Shown here: positions 39,119-48,891 of the stretch, piece after piece
How positions within the stretch are numbered: position 1 is the first letter of the stretch
Layout of the letters: every line of letters begins with the position of its first letter
Assembly (NCBI GenBank): GCA_038256975.1
Contig: JBBSJU010000001.1
Coordinates: 59,087-123,086, forward strand
Direction: 5' to 3'
Source of the DNA: Minisyncoccia bacterium
Lineage (GTDB): Bacteria; Patescibacteriota; Minisyncoccia; Phycocordibacterales; UBA5272
DNA length: 64,000 nt
Notes under the pieces: generated by a model
Databases searched by the model: none
Seen by the model: only the letters and a program-made list of their open reading frames with translations
What the model was told of the DNA's origin: nothing
Translations under genes and position numbers: made by a program

Positions 39119-40252
39119 ATGTGGGCATGGTTGTATGAAAAGGTTCGGCATATAGATTTTCTTATCGTCGGAGCTGCGGCCACGATTACTATTTTTGGTA
39201 TCGTAACCATGTATGGTTTTGCAGAGGAAAGCAATTTTGGACAAAGACAACTTGTGTGGCTGAGTATTTCTCTAGTTGTGTTTTTTGTGGCATCACAATT
39301 TGAATATCGCACACTGCGGAAGACGGGAGTTGTTCTTGGCCTGTTTGGAGTGTCGGTAGGGCTGCTTATTTTGGTAACTATAGTTGGAAATGTCGTAAAA
39401 GGTGCGCAGAGCTGGTTTAGTTTAGGGTTCGCATCATTTCAGCCAACTGATCTTGCGAAACTTGCACTGATTTTTTTGCTTGCAAAATATCTAGCAAAAC
39501 GTCATGTTGAAATCGCACATATACGGCATATTATTGTTTCTGGGCTGTACGCGCTTATTCCCACAGTTCTTGTGCTTTTGCAGCCAGACTTAGGGTCGGC
39601 GCTGGTGCTTTCGGGAATATGGTTTTGTTTGGTGCTGGTTTCTGGCATTTCAAAAAAACACCTTGCTTTGGTACTCGGAGGGGCTTTTGTTGCATTTGTC
39701 CTTGCGTGGGTATTTGTGTTTGCTCCGTATCAAAAAGACCGTATCAAGACCTTTATTGACCCACTCTCTGATATTCGTGGATCTGGTTACAATGTCTACC
39801 AGTCGCAGATTGCTATCGGCTCAGGCGGTGTATTTGGCAAAGGAGTAGGTTTTGGAACACAGTCACGTCTTGAGTTTTTACCAGAACATCAAACAGACTT
39901 TATTTTTGCTGCTTTTGCGGAGGAGTGGGGTTTTATTGGTGTCTTTGTCGTACTTGGATTGTTCTTACTTTTTTTGTGGCGATTGCTTGCTATTGCCCTT
40001 ACTTCAGCGACTAACTTTGAGCTCTTTGCTGTGCTTGGAATTATTTTTTTGTTTTTAATTCACATCGTTGTAAATGTGGGTATGAATCTTGGCATCATGC
40101 CGGTAACAGGAATTCCACTTCCATTTATGAGCTATGGAGGATCACACTTGCTTACAGAATGGATTGCACTTGGCGTGGTGATGGGAATGCGAAAGTACGA
40201 ACGTATTGCTCATCGTGACAAACTTAACTACGAATTTTTAGGAGTAGAGTAA
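39119..40252 (+). CDS. FtsW/RodA/SpoVE (SEDS) family peptidoglycan polymerase
   Basis: Polytopic; IDPLSDIRGSGYNVYQSQIAIGSGGVFGKGVGFGTQSRLEFLPEHQTDFIFAAFAEEWGF matches the SEDS periplasmic loop. Confidence 0.8.
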   Translation: MWAWLYEKVRHIDFLIVGAAATITIFGIVTMYGFAEESNFGQRQLVWLSISLVVFFVASQFEYRTLRKTGVVLGLFGVSVGLLILVTIVGNVVKGAQSWFSLGFASFQPTDLAKLALIFLLAKYLAKRHVEIAHIRHIIVSGLYALIPTVLVLLQPDLGSALVLSGIWFCLVLVSGISKKHLALVLGGAFVAFVLAWVFVFAPYQKDRIKTFIDPLSDIRGSGYNVYQSQIAIGSGGVFGKGVGFGTQSRLEFLPEHQTDFIFAAFAEEWGFIGVFVVLGLFLLFLWRLLAIALTSATNFELFAVLGIIFLFLIHIVVNVGMNLGIMPVTGIPLPFMSYGGSHLLTEWIALGVVMGMRKYERIAHRDKLNYEFLGVE

Positions 40253-41418
40253 AGGATAAATATTTTTTCGAGCATTTCTTTCTTCGCATATTCACGGAGG
40301 ACTTTTTCATAGAGTGCCTGAGCATAGGATTCCATGATATCTTTGTTTGTGACAGCAAATGAAAGCGCGAGTGAAAGTTCACGAACATCTTCTTTTGATA
40401 CTAGGAGACCAGTTTTTTGATGCTCGATGATTTCAGGGATTCCGCCGATTCTGCTTGCTATACAAGGGATTTTGGCTATTCCTGCTTCAAGGAGTGCGTA
40501 GCCAAGTGCTTCTGTTCGCGACGGTAATACAAAAACTGTAAAAGCCTTGAGGTATTCCTTAGCATTCTGAACGTGTCCTAAAAGGATAATGTCTTGGGTG
40601 AGTTTTTCTTGGGAGATAACTTTTTCTAGAGATGCCCGTTCTTCGCCACCACCGACAATGCAGAGTTTTGTGTGTGGATATTGTTTGTGTATCTGTGCAA
40701 ATGCGTGGATAAGAATGTCGAGCCCTTTATTTTTGTGTAGATCAGCAATGGTTCCGAAAACAAAAGCTTGTGGTGGAAAGGGGAGATGGAGTGCAACCCG
40801 AGCGTTTTCTTTGCCGTACATAGAAAATGTATCGAGACCATTTTTTATGGTGGAAACTTTTTTGGAGAGTAAAAAATCTGGCGCTTGTGCGTGTGTGGTC
40901 TCTGAAACTGTAATTATGTTCGTTGAGAAAAGAATGGTTAGCCACTCTAAAAAACGAAAAAGTATTTTCTGCCATTCAGGATAGCTTTCGTTATGTAGCC
41001 AACCATGGGCAGTGAAAATGATTTTTGGAATGCGCGCAAGTCGCGCGGCTAAACTTCCGACCACGCCTGCCTTTGAGCTATGGATATGAACAATGTCAGG
41101 ACGTTCTTTTCTGAGTATTTTTTGCAATGTAAAAATGATGCGCACATTTCCCCAAAGACCCACTTTTTGTTCGAACAAAGGAACGTGAATACGCGTAATA
41201 CTGAGTAATGAGATTTTGTCAGAAAGCTCACCTTCCGTGCTGTACATAATTCCTGTTTCGAATCCTCGGGTTTTTGCTTCGTATAAAAGGTCGTACACAT
41301 AGACTTGTGGACCTCCCCAGGCAGCTTTTGTAATTATATGAAGTATCTTAGGCGGCGCTTTGGAATCATCCATAGGGAGAGTAGAATGGTAACCATAATA
41401 ATACCATGTTTCAGTCAT
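40228..41418 (-). CDS. glycosyltransferase family 4
   Basis: GT-B fold; EALGYALLEAGIAKIPCIASRIGGIPEII (EX7E-type region). Confidence 0.8.
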   Translation of the reverse strand: MTETWYYYGYHSTLPMDDSKAPPKILHIITKAAWGGPQVYVYDLLYEAKTRGFETGIMYSTEGELSDKISLLSITRIHVPLFEQKVGLWGNVRIIFTLQKILRKERPDIVHIHSSKAGVVGSLAARLARIPKIIFTAHGWLHNESYPEWQKILFRFLEWLTILFSTNIITVSETTHAQAPDFLLSKKVSTIKNGLDTFSMYGKENARVALHLPFPPQAFVFGTIADLHKNKGLDILIHAFAQIHKQYPHTKLCIVGGGEERASLEKVISQEKLTQDIILLGHVQNAKEYLKAFTVFVLPSRTEALGYALLEAGIAKIPCIASRIGGIPEIIEHQKTGLLVSKEDVRELSLALSFAVTNKDIMESYAQALYEKVLREYAKKEMLEKIFILYSTPKNS

Positions 41419-42740
41419 CCGTACTTACACCTACTAAGAAATCCTTCATCGTGTTTCTTGATGTTGCGGCGCTTTTTATTGCAATATGGCTTGCGTTAAG
41501 TGCGCGAGATTTTTCTATTGTAAGTTATCAGAAATATCTCGACCATGTTATTGCCTTTAGTCCAATAGTATTGTTCAGCATAGCTGCTTTTTTTGTCAGT
41601 AATCTATACGAGGACGATCTCTATCTCGTACGTCAAAGGACAATGTATCGCATTGCCTCGTCGTTTGTGTTCATAACTTTTGTTGCGGTTGGTATATTTT
41701 ACACATATCCATATCAGGGCATAACTCCAAAAAGCATTTTGTTCTTGTTTGTGGTTTTCGGGGCCTCATTCATTACCTTGATTCGTTTTAGTCTTGTGCC
41801 ACTTTTTTTACGCACAAAGACATTGCGGGCGTGTCTTATTGCAACTGGTCCAGAATCTGATGATGTCTATGCGCACGTGAATACGTATGCACACATTCCA
41901 ATTCATTTTGATGATTTAGTGCCTTTAGAAACAAGTGCCCAGTATTTACGAATACACACCAAAGATCATTTTGATTGCGTCGTCATAAATACAAAACGCC
42001 ACTTAGGCGAAGAATTGCAAGAGCTCTTATTTGAAAAAGTAAAACAAGGAACACTGATTATTGATGAAACACACCTGTATGAAACTCTTTTCAAAAAAGT
42101 TGAATTGAGTGACGCTAATTATCGCGTATTTTTTGAACCACTCTCTTCGTCTAAAAAAATATTCATTGCTTGGAAACGCCTGGTAGATATTTGTGTGGCT
42201 ATTCCTCTTTCGTTTGTCAGTGTTGTTTTAATTGTCCTTGCAGCTGTGTGTATTAAACTCGAAGATCGAGGACCTGTTTTCATCACACAGATTCGTTTGG
42301 GAAAGTTTGGTAAGCGTATTTCACTTTTCAAACTTCGTACCATGACACAAAGTGATACAGGGAAGTGGCTGAAAGAAAGCGATAACCAAAACAAAGTAAC
42401 AAGGGTAGGATATTTTTTACGCAAGAGTCGTATCGATGAATTACCACAGTTGTGGAATATTTTGAAAGGGGAACTCTCGCTCATTGGCCCTCGTCCTGAT
42501 CTCGAAGGATTCGTTTCTCGTTTAGAAGAAGCTATTCCGTACTACAATCTTCGCTATACAGTAACGCCTGGACTTTCTGGCTGGGCGCAAATAAATCAAG
42601 AGAAGCCACCACAATCTGTCGAAGAAACACGAGAACGCCTTGCATACGATCTTTATTATGTGAAGTATCGTTCCATGGGCCTTGATTTATATATTGGATT
42701 TAAAACAATTAAAACCTTGCTTTCACGAACAGGAATGTGA
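41406..42740 (+). CDS. polyprenyl-phosphate sugar phosphotransferase (WbaP/bacterial sugar transferase family)
   Basis: N-terminal TM region plus C-terminal IDELPQLWNILKGELSLIGPRP and DRGPVFITQIRLGKFGK motifs. Confidence 0.85.
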   Translation: MFQSSVLTPTKKSFIVFLDVAALFIAIWLALSARDFSIVSYQKYLDHVIAFSPIVLFSIAAFFVSNLYEDDLYLVRQRTMYRIASSFVFITFVAVGIFYTYPYQGITPKSILFLFVVFGASFITLIRFSLVPLFLRTKTLRACLIATGPESDDVYAHVNTYAHIPIHFDDLVPLETSAQYLRIHTKDHFDCVVINTKRHLGEELQELLFEKVKQGTLIIDETHLYETLFKKVELSDANYRVFFEPLSSSKKIFIAWKRLVDICVAIPLSFVSVVLIVLAAVCIKLEDRGPVFITQIRLGKFGKRISLFKLRTMTQSDTGKWLKESDNQNKVTRVGYFLRKSRIDELPQLWNILKGELSLIGPRPDLEGFVSRLEEAIPYYNLRYTVTPGLSGWAQINQEKPPQSVEETRERLAYDLYYVKYRSMGLDLYIGFKTIKTLLSRTGM

Positions 42741-42774
42741 TTTCAGAAAGGTTTGGAACAAACCCACCTGAAAT

Positions 42775-42955
42775 CACCCAGCGCTGTCGCTGCCTCCCTT
42801 GCGACAAGTCGGGTAGAATTTGAAACCAAATTCAATAAAAATTCATCCAGCAGGCAACTGTATTTTTGTTGCGAGTCGGAAACGTTTGAAACGAACCTTC
42901 TTTTTATCCAGCGACGTCGCTGCCTTTATCGCAACAAGTTAGGTAAATTTTAAAG
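42775..42955. repeat. three degenerate ~50-nt tandem direct repeats in a convergent intergenic region
   Basis: CCAGCGCTGTCGCTGCCTCCCTTGCGACAAGTCGGGTAGAATTTGAAACC / CCAGCAGGCAACTG..TTGCGAGTCGGAAACGTTTGAAAC / CCAGCGACGTCGCTGCCTTTATCGCAACAAGTTAGGTAAATTTTAAAGCC. Confidence 0.4.
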
Positions 42956-44086
42956 CCCGTAAGTATTTTTAGTCATAGAAACCATATTTTCAAACGTTAT
43001 TAATCCATAATGAGGCTGAGGTTCTTGCGAAAGGTCGGCGACTTGTTTTATGGCTTCACACAAAGCTTCTGGATTACTTGGCGGAACAAGAATATCAACA
43101 TTTCTATTCATTATTTCCGGTGCTGCAATAATCGAAGTCGCGACTCTCGCAATACCTGCATGCCCCGCTTCAAGAAGAACATAGACAAATCCTTCCTTAA
43201 TAGACGGTAAGACTAAAGCATCAAACGCTTTTAAATATTGTGATGCGTCGGGGACAAAGCCAGCAAAAAAAACATTTTGCTCTAGTCCCAGAGTTTTAAC
43301 TTGGTACTCTAAATCTTCACGCAGCTCGCCGTCTCCCATTACTATATACACAAATGTGTCACCATATCTTTTTTTATATAAAGCGAATGCTTCAAGTGCA
43401 TATCGTATTCCTTTGTTTTGGTTTAAAAGACTTATTGAGCAAAACCTTTTTTTATTCCTCGTATCAATATGTTTTTTTGCAGCTTGTATGAGAGACAACA
43501 ATTTTTCTTGAGCATCCACTTTGGATAAAAATAAGGGAGAAGGTATTGCAAGAGGTATGACAACTAACTTTTTTTGCACTAAAAACCAATGGGCAACGGC
43601 ATCAAATTCTTTTTGGGCAGTAACAATAACTACATGAGAAGATATGCAGGTTATCCATGAGATACATTTAAAAATGAAACGCGTTATCCAAGGCCGATGC
43701 AATTCTTTAAAGACCCAGCCATGGCTTGTAAAGATGATTTTTTTAATACCACAGAGTCTGCCAAGAATTGCGCCGACCGCTCCTATTTTTGAACTATTGA
43801 TGTGGAGCACATCAGGTTTTTCTGTTTTTAAGATTGACCAAAATTCAAATAGGAGTCCAATTTCTTTTAAAAAATTAATATCTCGCTGTCCATGCTGCAA
43901 GCGAATTGTCTGCACAGCCTCTTTTTGAAGGTGGCCAAGGAGTGAGCCTGTGCCACCAGCAACAACACGTACTAAATGTCCTTCTTTTTGCAAATATGCA
44001 GATATATCAAAAACGTATTTTTGGGCACCGCCCCAGTTTGAATCAGTAATTGCAATAAGAATCTTTTTTTGCTTTGGCATTGTCAT
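42950..44086 (-). CDS. glycosyltransferase family 4
   Basis: GT-B fold; EGFVYVLLEAGHAGIARVATSIIAAPEIM region; 378 aa. Confidence 0.75.
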   Translation of the reverse strand: MTMPKQKKILIAITDSNWGGAQKYVFDISAYLQKEGHLVRVVAGGTGSLLGHLQKEAVQTIRLQHGQRDINFLKEIGLLFEFWSILKTEKPDVLHINSSKIGAVGAILGRLCGIKKIIFTSHGWVFKELHRPWITRFIFKCISWITCISSHVVIVTAQKEFDAVAHWFLVQKKLVVIPLAIPSPLFLSKVDAQEKLLSLIQAAKKHIDTRNKKRFCSISLLNQNKGIRYALEAFALYKKRYGDTFVYIVMGDGELREDLEYQVKTLGLEQNVFFAGFVPDASQYLKAFDALVLPSIKEGFVYVLLEAGHAGIARVATSIIAAPEIMNRNVDILVPPSNPEALCEAIKQVADLSQEPQPHYGLITFENMVSMTKNTYGL

Positions 44087-44213
44087 GGCCTTAATTTTAG
44101 TGAGTACGTGTCAGGTGTGAGGTTATTTCTAGTATACATGGTTACTATGGAGATGTGGAATAAGGAAAAAGGTAGTGGTTTTCTTGTACATACACCATGG
44201 TATAGTTGGAAGT

Positions 44214-45272
44214 ATGCAAGGGAAGACCATTTTTATTACTGGCGGTGCTGGATATGTGGGTGCAATGCTGTGCGACCAATTTTCCAAACGTGCTGATGTC
44301 GAAAAAGTTATCACTATCGACAAAGAACCAGAAACAGATCTGACAAAAGGCAATGCAAAGATTTTGTATATACAACAAAATCTCGCCGATGATGGGTGGC
44401 AGACTATTATTAATGAGCATAAGCCGTCGATTATTATCCATACCGCCTGGCAAATTCGCGAAATCTATGGCAATCGGCCACTTTCTTGGAAATGGAATAT
44501 TGAAGGGTCGGACAAGGTGTTTGATTTTGCTTTTTCACACGAATATGTAGAGCGCCTTACGCATTTTTCTACAGTGGCTTCCTATGGTGCATTTGCCGAA
44601 AATACACTTGAGCATCGTTTTACTGAGAATGAATCATTTCGCAAAACAAACTACCTATATGCTGAGGAGAAACGTATAGCAGAAGAACATCTGCAAGAAA
44701 AATATCAAGAACTCAAAAAACAAGGGAAAAAACTCCCTCAGGTTTCGATTATTCGCCCAGCCGCTATCACCGGCCCCCGGGGTCGTTACGAACGTATTCG
44801 TTTTGGGCTATATGGTATTTTAAAAAATCAACTCAAACAAAGCTTCATTCACCGAGCTCTTTCGTATGTAACAGTATTTGTTCCAGTAACTAAAAAATGG
44901 TTGCGCCAATATGTTCATGAAGATGATATTACTGATATTGTCGAGCTTCTTTCATTTGGAAATGTAAGTCATGAATATGAAGCATTTAATGCCTCTCCAT
45001 CTGGTAGTGTGATTCTCGCCAAAGATATGGCTCGCATTGTTGGTAAGACTCCTGTGCGTATTCATCCATATTTGATTCGGGGTGCATTCTTCTTTTTTTG
45101 GCATCTAACCCGAGGGAGAATTCCAACAGCAGAGGGAAGTTGGAAAGGGTATTCATATCCGATTGCGGTTGACGGCTCAAAAATCACAAAAATGTATGAT
45201 TATCAGTACAAAATGTCTTCAACTGAAGCGTTTGTAAAAAATGAGGGGAGGTACAAGGTTGATCTTTCATAA
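44214..45272 (+). CDS. NAD-dependent epimerase/dehydratase family protein
   Basis: GKTIFITGGAGYVGAMLCDQ Rossmann GxxGxxG motif at the N-terminus. Confidence 0.75.
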   Translation: MQGKTIFITGGAGYVGAMLCDQFSKRADVEKVITIDKEPETDLTKGNAKILYIQQNLADDGWQTIINEHKPSIIIHTAWQIREIYGNRPLSWKWNIEGSDKVFDFAFSHEYVERLTHFSTVASYGAFAENTLEHRFTENESFRKTNYLYAEEKRIAEEHLQEKYQELKKQGKKLPQVSIIRPAAITGPRGRYERIRFGLYGILKNQLKQSFIHRALSYVTVFVPVTKKWLRQYVHEDDITDIVELLSFGNVSHEYEAFNASPSGSVILAKDMARIVGKTPVRIHPYLIRGAFFFFWHLTRGRIPTAEGSWKGYSYPIAVDGSKITKMYDYQYKMSSTEAFVKNEGRYKVDLS

Positions 45273-45275
45273 GTA

Positions 45276-45305
45276 TTGACAAGTATCGTATATCCATGTT
45301 ATAAT
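45276..45305 (+). promoter_or_regulatory. consensus sigma70-type promoter
   Basis: TTGACA - 18 nt - TATAAT. Confidence 0.5.
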
Positions 45306-45332
45306 ACAAGAAGTCAAAAAGCTCTTTAAAAC

Positions 45333-45505
45333 AAGGTTTGCCCTAGCTTTAAGTACTCAAACTCCGCAGGAACACAAAGGAAATGCACACGTTCTCGCTT
45401 TGCAAAGCGAGCCGCTCCGCTCGATGAATTTTCTACTAAAAATTCATCTGCGCGAGGCATTTCCTTTGTGTCTTGCTTCGTTTCAGTTTTGAATGTTTAA
45501 AGCTA
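45333..45505 (+). repeat. structured repeat element family B copy 2 (78-nt core at 45373-45450 nested in two closing stems)
   Basis: Core is near-identical to 13404-13482. Inner stem CACAAAGGAA/TTCCTTTGTG; outer stem AAGGTTTGCCCTAGCTTTAA/TTAAAGCTATGGCAAACCT. Confidence 0.5.
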
Positions 45506-45575
45506 TGGCAAACCTGCAAGATTGCAGTTTAGGTCCGCTAGCAGAAGCACACGTGCTTCAAAATGGAGAAAAGAC

Positions 45576-46229
45576 ATGTCTTATTCTTTCGAACAAGTCG
45601 CCCAACTCGTCAACAAATTGAAAAAGATGGGTTGGGGCCCCGAGTGTGTCACGGCACTCGGACAAGCCGACACTCGAAAGTTCCGTGCCATCGAGACGAT
45701 TCTCGAGGGCAAGACCCTCGAGGAAGCAATCAAAGCTGCCGTCGCGATGAAAGTGGATGTGCTCGCCGATGACACTTCCCACTTGCGCTTTCTCGAATCG
45801 GTGGAGCTCGCCCCGACTTCAGGCAAGGTGACACTTGCTCAGTCGAGCGACATTTTTAACGTGGACCTCAACTTCAAGAATTGGGGCACCGATAAGTCGG
45901 GAAGCGATACTCAGGGACAAACGGCACTGATCTACGAGATGAAGAAAGACGGCACTTTCGTCGCTCTCTTCAACTCGTTCGGAGCCGACCTCTCGAGCCT
46001 TGTGTGGCAACAAGGTCAGATTCGTGAGTTCTGTGCTTCGCACCGCCACCTTCTCTGTCAGGATGGTTACGGCACTTTCTTCCTCTTCGAGGTCGACAAG
46101 AAGCTGTTCGTTGCCGACGTGATCGTGGGTGGCGGCAGGCTCTGCGCCGATGTCCGCCGCGTTTCGGACGACGGCGTCTGGGGTGCCGCCTTTCGTCGTC
46201 GGTTGGTGGTACCGCAACAGACCATTTGA
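45576..46229 (+). CDS. hypothetical protein encoded in a GC-rich (~57% GC) islet
   Basis: GGAG 7 nt upstream of ATG; 217 aa with no recognisable domain. Long antisense ORFs overlapping it are attributed to the high GC. Confidence 0.5.
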   Translation: MSYSFEQVAQLVNKLKKMGWGPECVTALGQADTRKFRAIETILEGKTLEEAIKAAVAMKVDVLADDTSHLRFLESVELAPTSGKVTLAQSSDIFNVDLNFKNWGTDKSGSDTQGQTALIYEMKKDGTFVALFNSFGADLSSLVWQQGQIREFCASHRHLLCQDGYGTFFLFEVDKKLFVADVIVGGGRLCADVRRVSDDGVWGAAFRRRLVVPQQTI

Positions 46230-46257
46230 TTTTTTGCTCTAAACCTTTGAATCTTTG

Positions 46258-46306
46258 TCCCTTGGACCCTTTCGATTTGTTTCGGAAGGGTCCAAGGGAT
46301 TTTTTG
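46258..46306 (+). terminator. strong intrinsic terminator
   Basis: GTCCCTTGGACCCTT tcgatttgtttcgg AAGGGTCCAAGGGATTTTTTG. Confidence 0.7.
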
Positions 46307-46484
46307 TATACTGTATACGCATGAAGAAAATGATGCGGAATGTCTCCGAGAAAAATGTTGCTTCCTACAAAGGGATGTTGGGGTGGGGGAATGGGTGGGG
46401 GTTGGAGCAGGTGCTTGAAAAAGCAACGCTGGGGGATCTTTTATAGACTTGTGTTTTTGTGGTTTTTGTGTAATTATATGCCCC

Positions 46485-47135
46485 ATGATTACACTTTCAG
46501 CCACGACGCGAGACGCGTTCCCATCAGTCGAAAAAGCACGTGAAGCCGGATTCATTCCTGCTGTATTTTACGGTTCACACAAAGCATCGACTTCTATTTT
46601 TGTTTCTCAAGCTCTTTTTACTAAAACTCTTAAAGATGCTGGAGAGTCAACGCTAATCACTATTGATACTGGTTCTGAAAAAGTATCAGTCCTGATTCAT
46701 GATGTGCAGTTTGACCCAGTAACAGACCGAGCGCTTCATGTTGACTTCTATGCAGTTGATGCAAACGAGAAACTAGAAGTTGGAGTGAAACTTGAGTTCG
46801 TCGGAGTTTCTGAAGCAGTGAAGAGTCTTGGTGGAACATTGGTGAAAGTAGCACATGAACTTGAAGTGAAGTGTCTTCCTAAAGATCTTCCTCATGAAAT
46901 CGTTGTTGATATCTCGAAACTCGAGAATCTCGATAGCGTTATTACCGTTGCCGACCTTACACTTCCATCCGGAGTAGTTGCAAAAGCATCTGCGGAAGAA
47001 GTTATCGCATCAATTGCTGTTGGAAAAGAAGAAGATCTTTCAGCTCCAGTTGCAGGCCCTGATCTTGAGGCTATTGAAGTAGAAAAGAAGGGTAAGAAGG
47101 ATGAAGAGGGCACAGAAACCCCCGCTGCGGAATAA
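46485..47135 (+). CDS. rplY: 50S ribosomal protein L25 / general stress protein Ctc
   Basis: MITLSATTRDAFPSVEKAREAGFIPAVFYG... L25 beta-barrel plus acidic C-terminal extension. Confidence 0.8.
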   Translation: MITLSATTRDAFPSVEKAREAGFIPAVFYGSHKASTSIFVSQALFTKTLKDAGESTLITIDTGSEKVSVLIHDVQFDPVTDRALHVDFYAVDANEKLEVGVKLEFVGVSEAVKSLGGTLVKVAHELEVKCLPKDLPHEIVVDISKLENLDSVITVADLTLPSGVVAKASAEEVIASIAVGKEEDLSAPVAGPDLEAIEVEKKGKKDEEGTETPAAE

Positions 47136-47207
47136 GTTTTTAGGTCACATCTATAAAAAACAGCCGTTACTATGAGTATAGACGGCTGTTTTGCTATACT
47201 AAAAATT

Positions 47208-48551
47208 ATGAATATTCCTTTGAAAGTTTTTTTGATTGCACTTTTGTTTGCGAGCGTTCTTTCTCCGAAGCTTTCAAACGCCCAGCAAGCGTGTCCAACA
47301 GCAAGTCCTGAAAAGGAAATTTGTGAGGCAAAATTGCGTGAAGAACTAGCAAAAGTTGAAGCAGAAATTGCCGAGAAACAAAGCCAAATTAAAGAGACAC
47401 AGGCTGAGGCAAAAACCCTAAAAGGTGATATTTCGGTGTTGAACAATAAGATAGATCAGTCTGCTTTGAAGATTAAATCTCACGGTATTGTCATTACTAA
47501 GATCAGCGGTGAGATTACAACGAAACAAAGTACAATACAGCAACTTGATCAAAAGCTCGACAGGCAGCGTGCTGCACTTGCTCAGATACTACGTCGCAGT
47601 GAAGAGATTGAAAAAACTTCTCTTATTGAGGGCGCACTCAGGAAACAAACACTCTCTGATTTTGTGTCGCAAGCAGAGGAATATCGCTTAGTAAAGCTTG
47701 CTATGAAAGATACTTTTGAAGAAGTAAAAGAAACAAAAGAAGAAACACAGGAAGTAAAAGAGTCTCTTGAGACAAAGAAAACTGAGCAAGAAAAATTAAA
47801 GATTCAGCAAGAAGTTGAACGAAAAAAGGCTGAACAAAACAAACAGGTAAAAGCGGTCGTACTAAAAGAAACACAAGGAAAGGAAAGTGAGTACCAAAAA
47901 GATCTTAAAGAAAAACAAGCAAAGGCTGCGGCAATTCGAAATGCTCTTTTTGCCCTTCGTGACGCAAGTGCGATTAAGTTTGGCGACGCACTTGCATATG
48001 CAAATGAAGCATTTGAGATTACCGGTGTTCGCCCAGCATTTATTCTAGCTATCCTTACTCAGGAATCAAACTTAGGGAAAAATACAGGACGCTGTTATTT
48101 GAAAAATGTAGATGGTTCTGGGGTAAACACAAGTGGCACTGTATTTAAAAATGTCATGAGTCCAACGCGTGACGTACCTCCATATTTGGAAGTTGCAAAG
48201 GAACTTGGTTTTGATCCGTTCGAACGACTTATTTCGTGCCCACTTAATGTTGGTTGGGGTGGCGCGATGGGACCAGCACAGTTCATTGCATCAACATGGA
48301 ACGGGTACAAGGCGAAGGTTGCAGCCGCTGAAGGTAAAGCAATAGCAAACCCATGGTTACCACGAGACGCCATTATGGCATCTGCTTTTCTTCATAAAGA
48401 TAACGGTGCCGTGACCGATGAACGTAACGCTGCCTGTCGATACTACTCAGGACGGTCATGTTCGAGTGTTTCAAATTCGTATGGAAATAGCGTTGTGGCC
48501 CTTGCCAAGAAGATTCAAGCTGAGCAGATTAACCCGTTGCAAGGCTTCTAG
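47208..48551 (+). CDS. secreted coiled-coil protein with C-terminal lysozyme-like / lytic-transglycosylase-like domain
   Basis: Signal peptide and long coiled coil. C-terminal AILTQESNLGKNTGRCY...WGGAMGPAQFIASTW resembles the SLT catalytic-Glu context. Confidence 0.5.
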   Translation: MNIPLKVFLIALLFASVLSPKLSNAQQACPTASPEKEICEAKLREELAKVEAEIAEKQSQIKETQAEAKTLKGDISVLNNKIDQSALKIKSHGIVITKISGEITTKQSTIQQLDQKLDRQRAALAQILRRSEEIEKTSLIEGALRKQTLSDFVSQAEEYRLVKLAMKDTFEEVKETKEETQEVKESLETKKTEQEKLKIQQEVERKKAEQNKQVKAVVLKETQGKESEYQKDLKEKQAKAAAIRNALFALRDASAIKFGDALAYANEAFEITGVRPAFILAILTQESNLGKNTGRCYLKNVDGSGVNTSGTVFKNVMSPTRDVPPYLEVAKELGFDPFERLISCPLNVGWGGAMGPAQFIASTWNGYKAKVAAAEGKAIANPWLPRDAIMASAFLHKDNGAVTDERNAACRYYSGRSCSSVSNSYGNSVVALAKKIQAEQINPLQGF

Positions 48552-48572
48552 TTTCGTGGTATATTGGCACGC

Positions 48573-48842
48573 ATGAAGAAAGACGTACATCCAAACAATT
48601 TTCGCCCGGTACTCTTTATTGACACCACAAATGGTGCTCAGTTTTTGATTAGTTCCACAGTTGATTCAAAAGAAACTGGCGTATACGAAAAAGACAAGAA
48701 AGAATATCCTGTGTGCCGTGTAGAAATTTCAAGTTCGACACACCCTTTTTATACTGGACAGGATGTTGTGCTTGACACTGCTGGACGAGTAGACAAGTTC
48801 AAGAAACGACAAGAAGCAACTAACGCAAAGAAATCAAAGTAA
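48573..48842 (+). CDS. rpmE: 50S ribosomal protein L31 (type B, non-zinc form)
   Basis: [29 protein letters not shown]...HPFYTG; no CxxC pairs. Confidence 0.85.
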   Translation: MKKDVHPNNFRPVLFIDTTNGAQFLISSTVDSKETGVYEKDKKEYPVCRVEISSSTHPFYTGQDVVLDTAGRVDKFKKRQEATNAKKSK

Positions 48843-48891
48843 GTGCGTACTCACAAACATCGCTCTCTTTCGGGGCGATTTTTGTATTATT

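Noticed and set aside
42775-42955. CRISPR array
   Set aside because: Repeats are only ~75% identical to each other, there are just three of them, there are no distinct spacers, and there are no cas genes in the window.
46321-46446. 41-aa GW-rich peptide ORF (MKKMMRNVSEKNVASYKGMLGWGNGWGLEQVLEKATLGDLL)
   Set aside because: No RBS. Its G-rich codons coincide with the G-quadruplex motif, so the open frame is probably incidental; recorded under the islet finding instead.
45819-46555. Long antisense ORFs (132 and 162 aa) opposite the GC-rich islet gene
   Set aside because: Expected by chance in high-GC DNA; the sense ORF has the RBS and promoter context.
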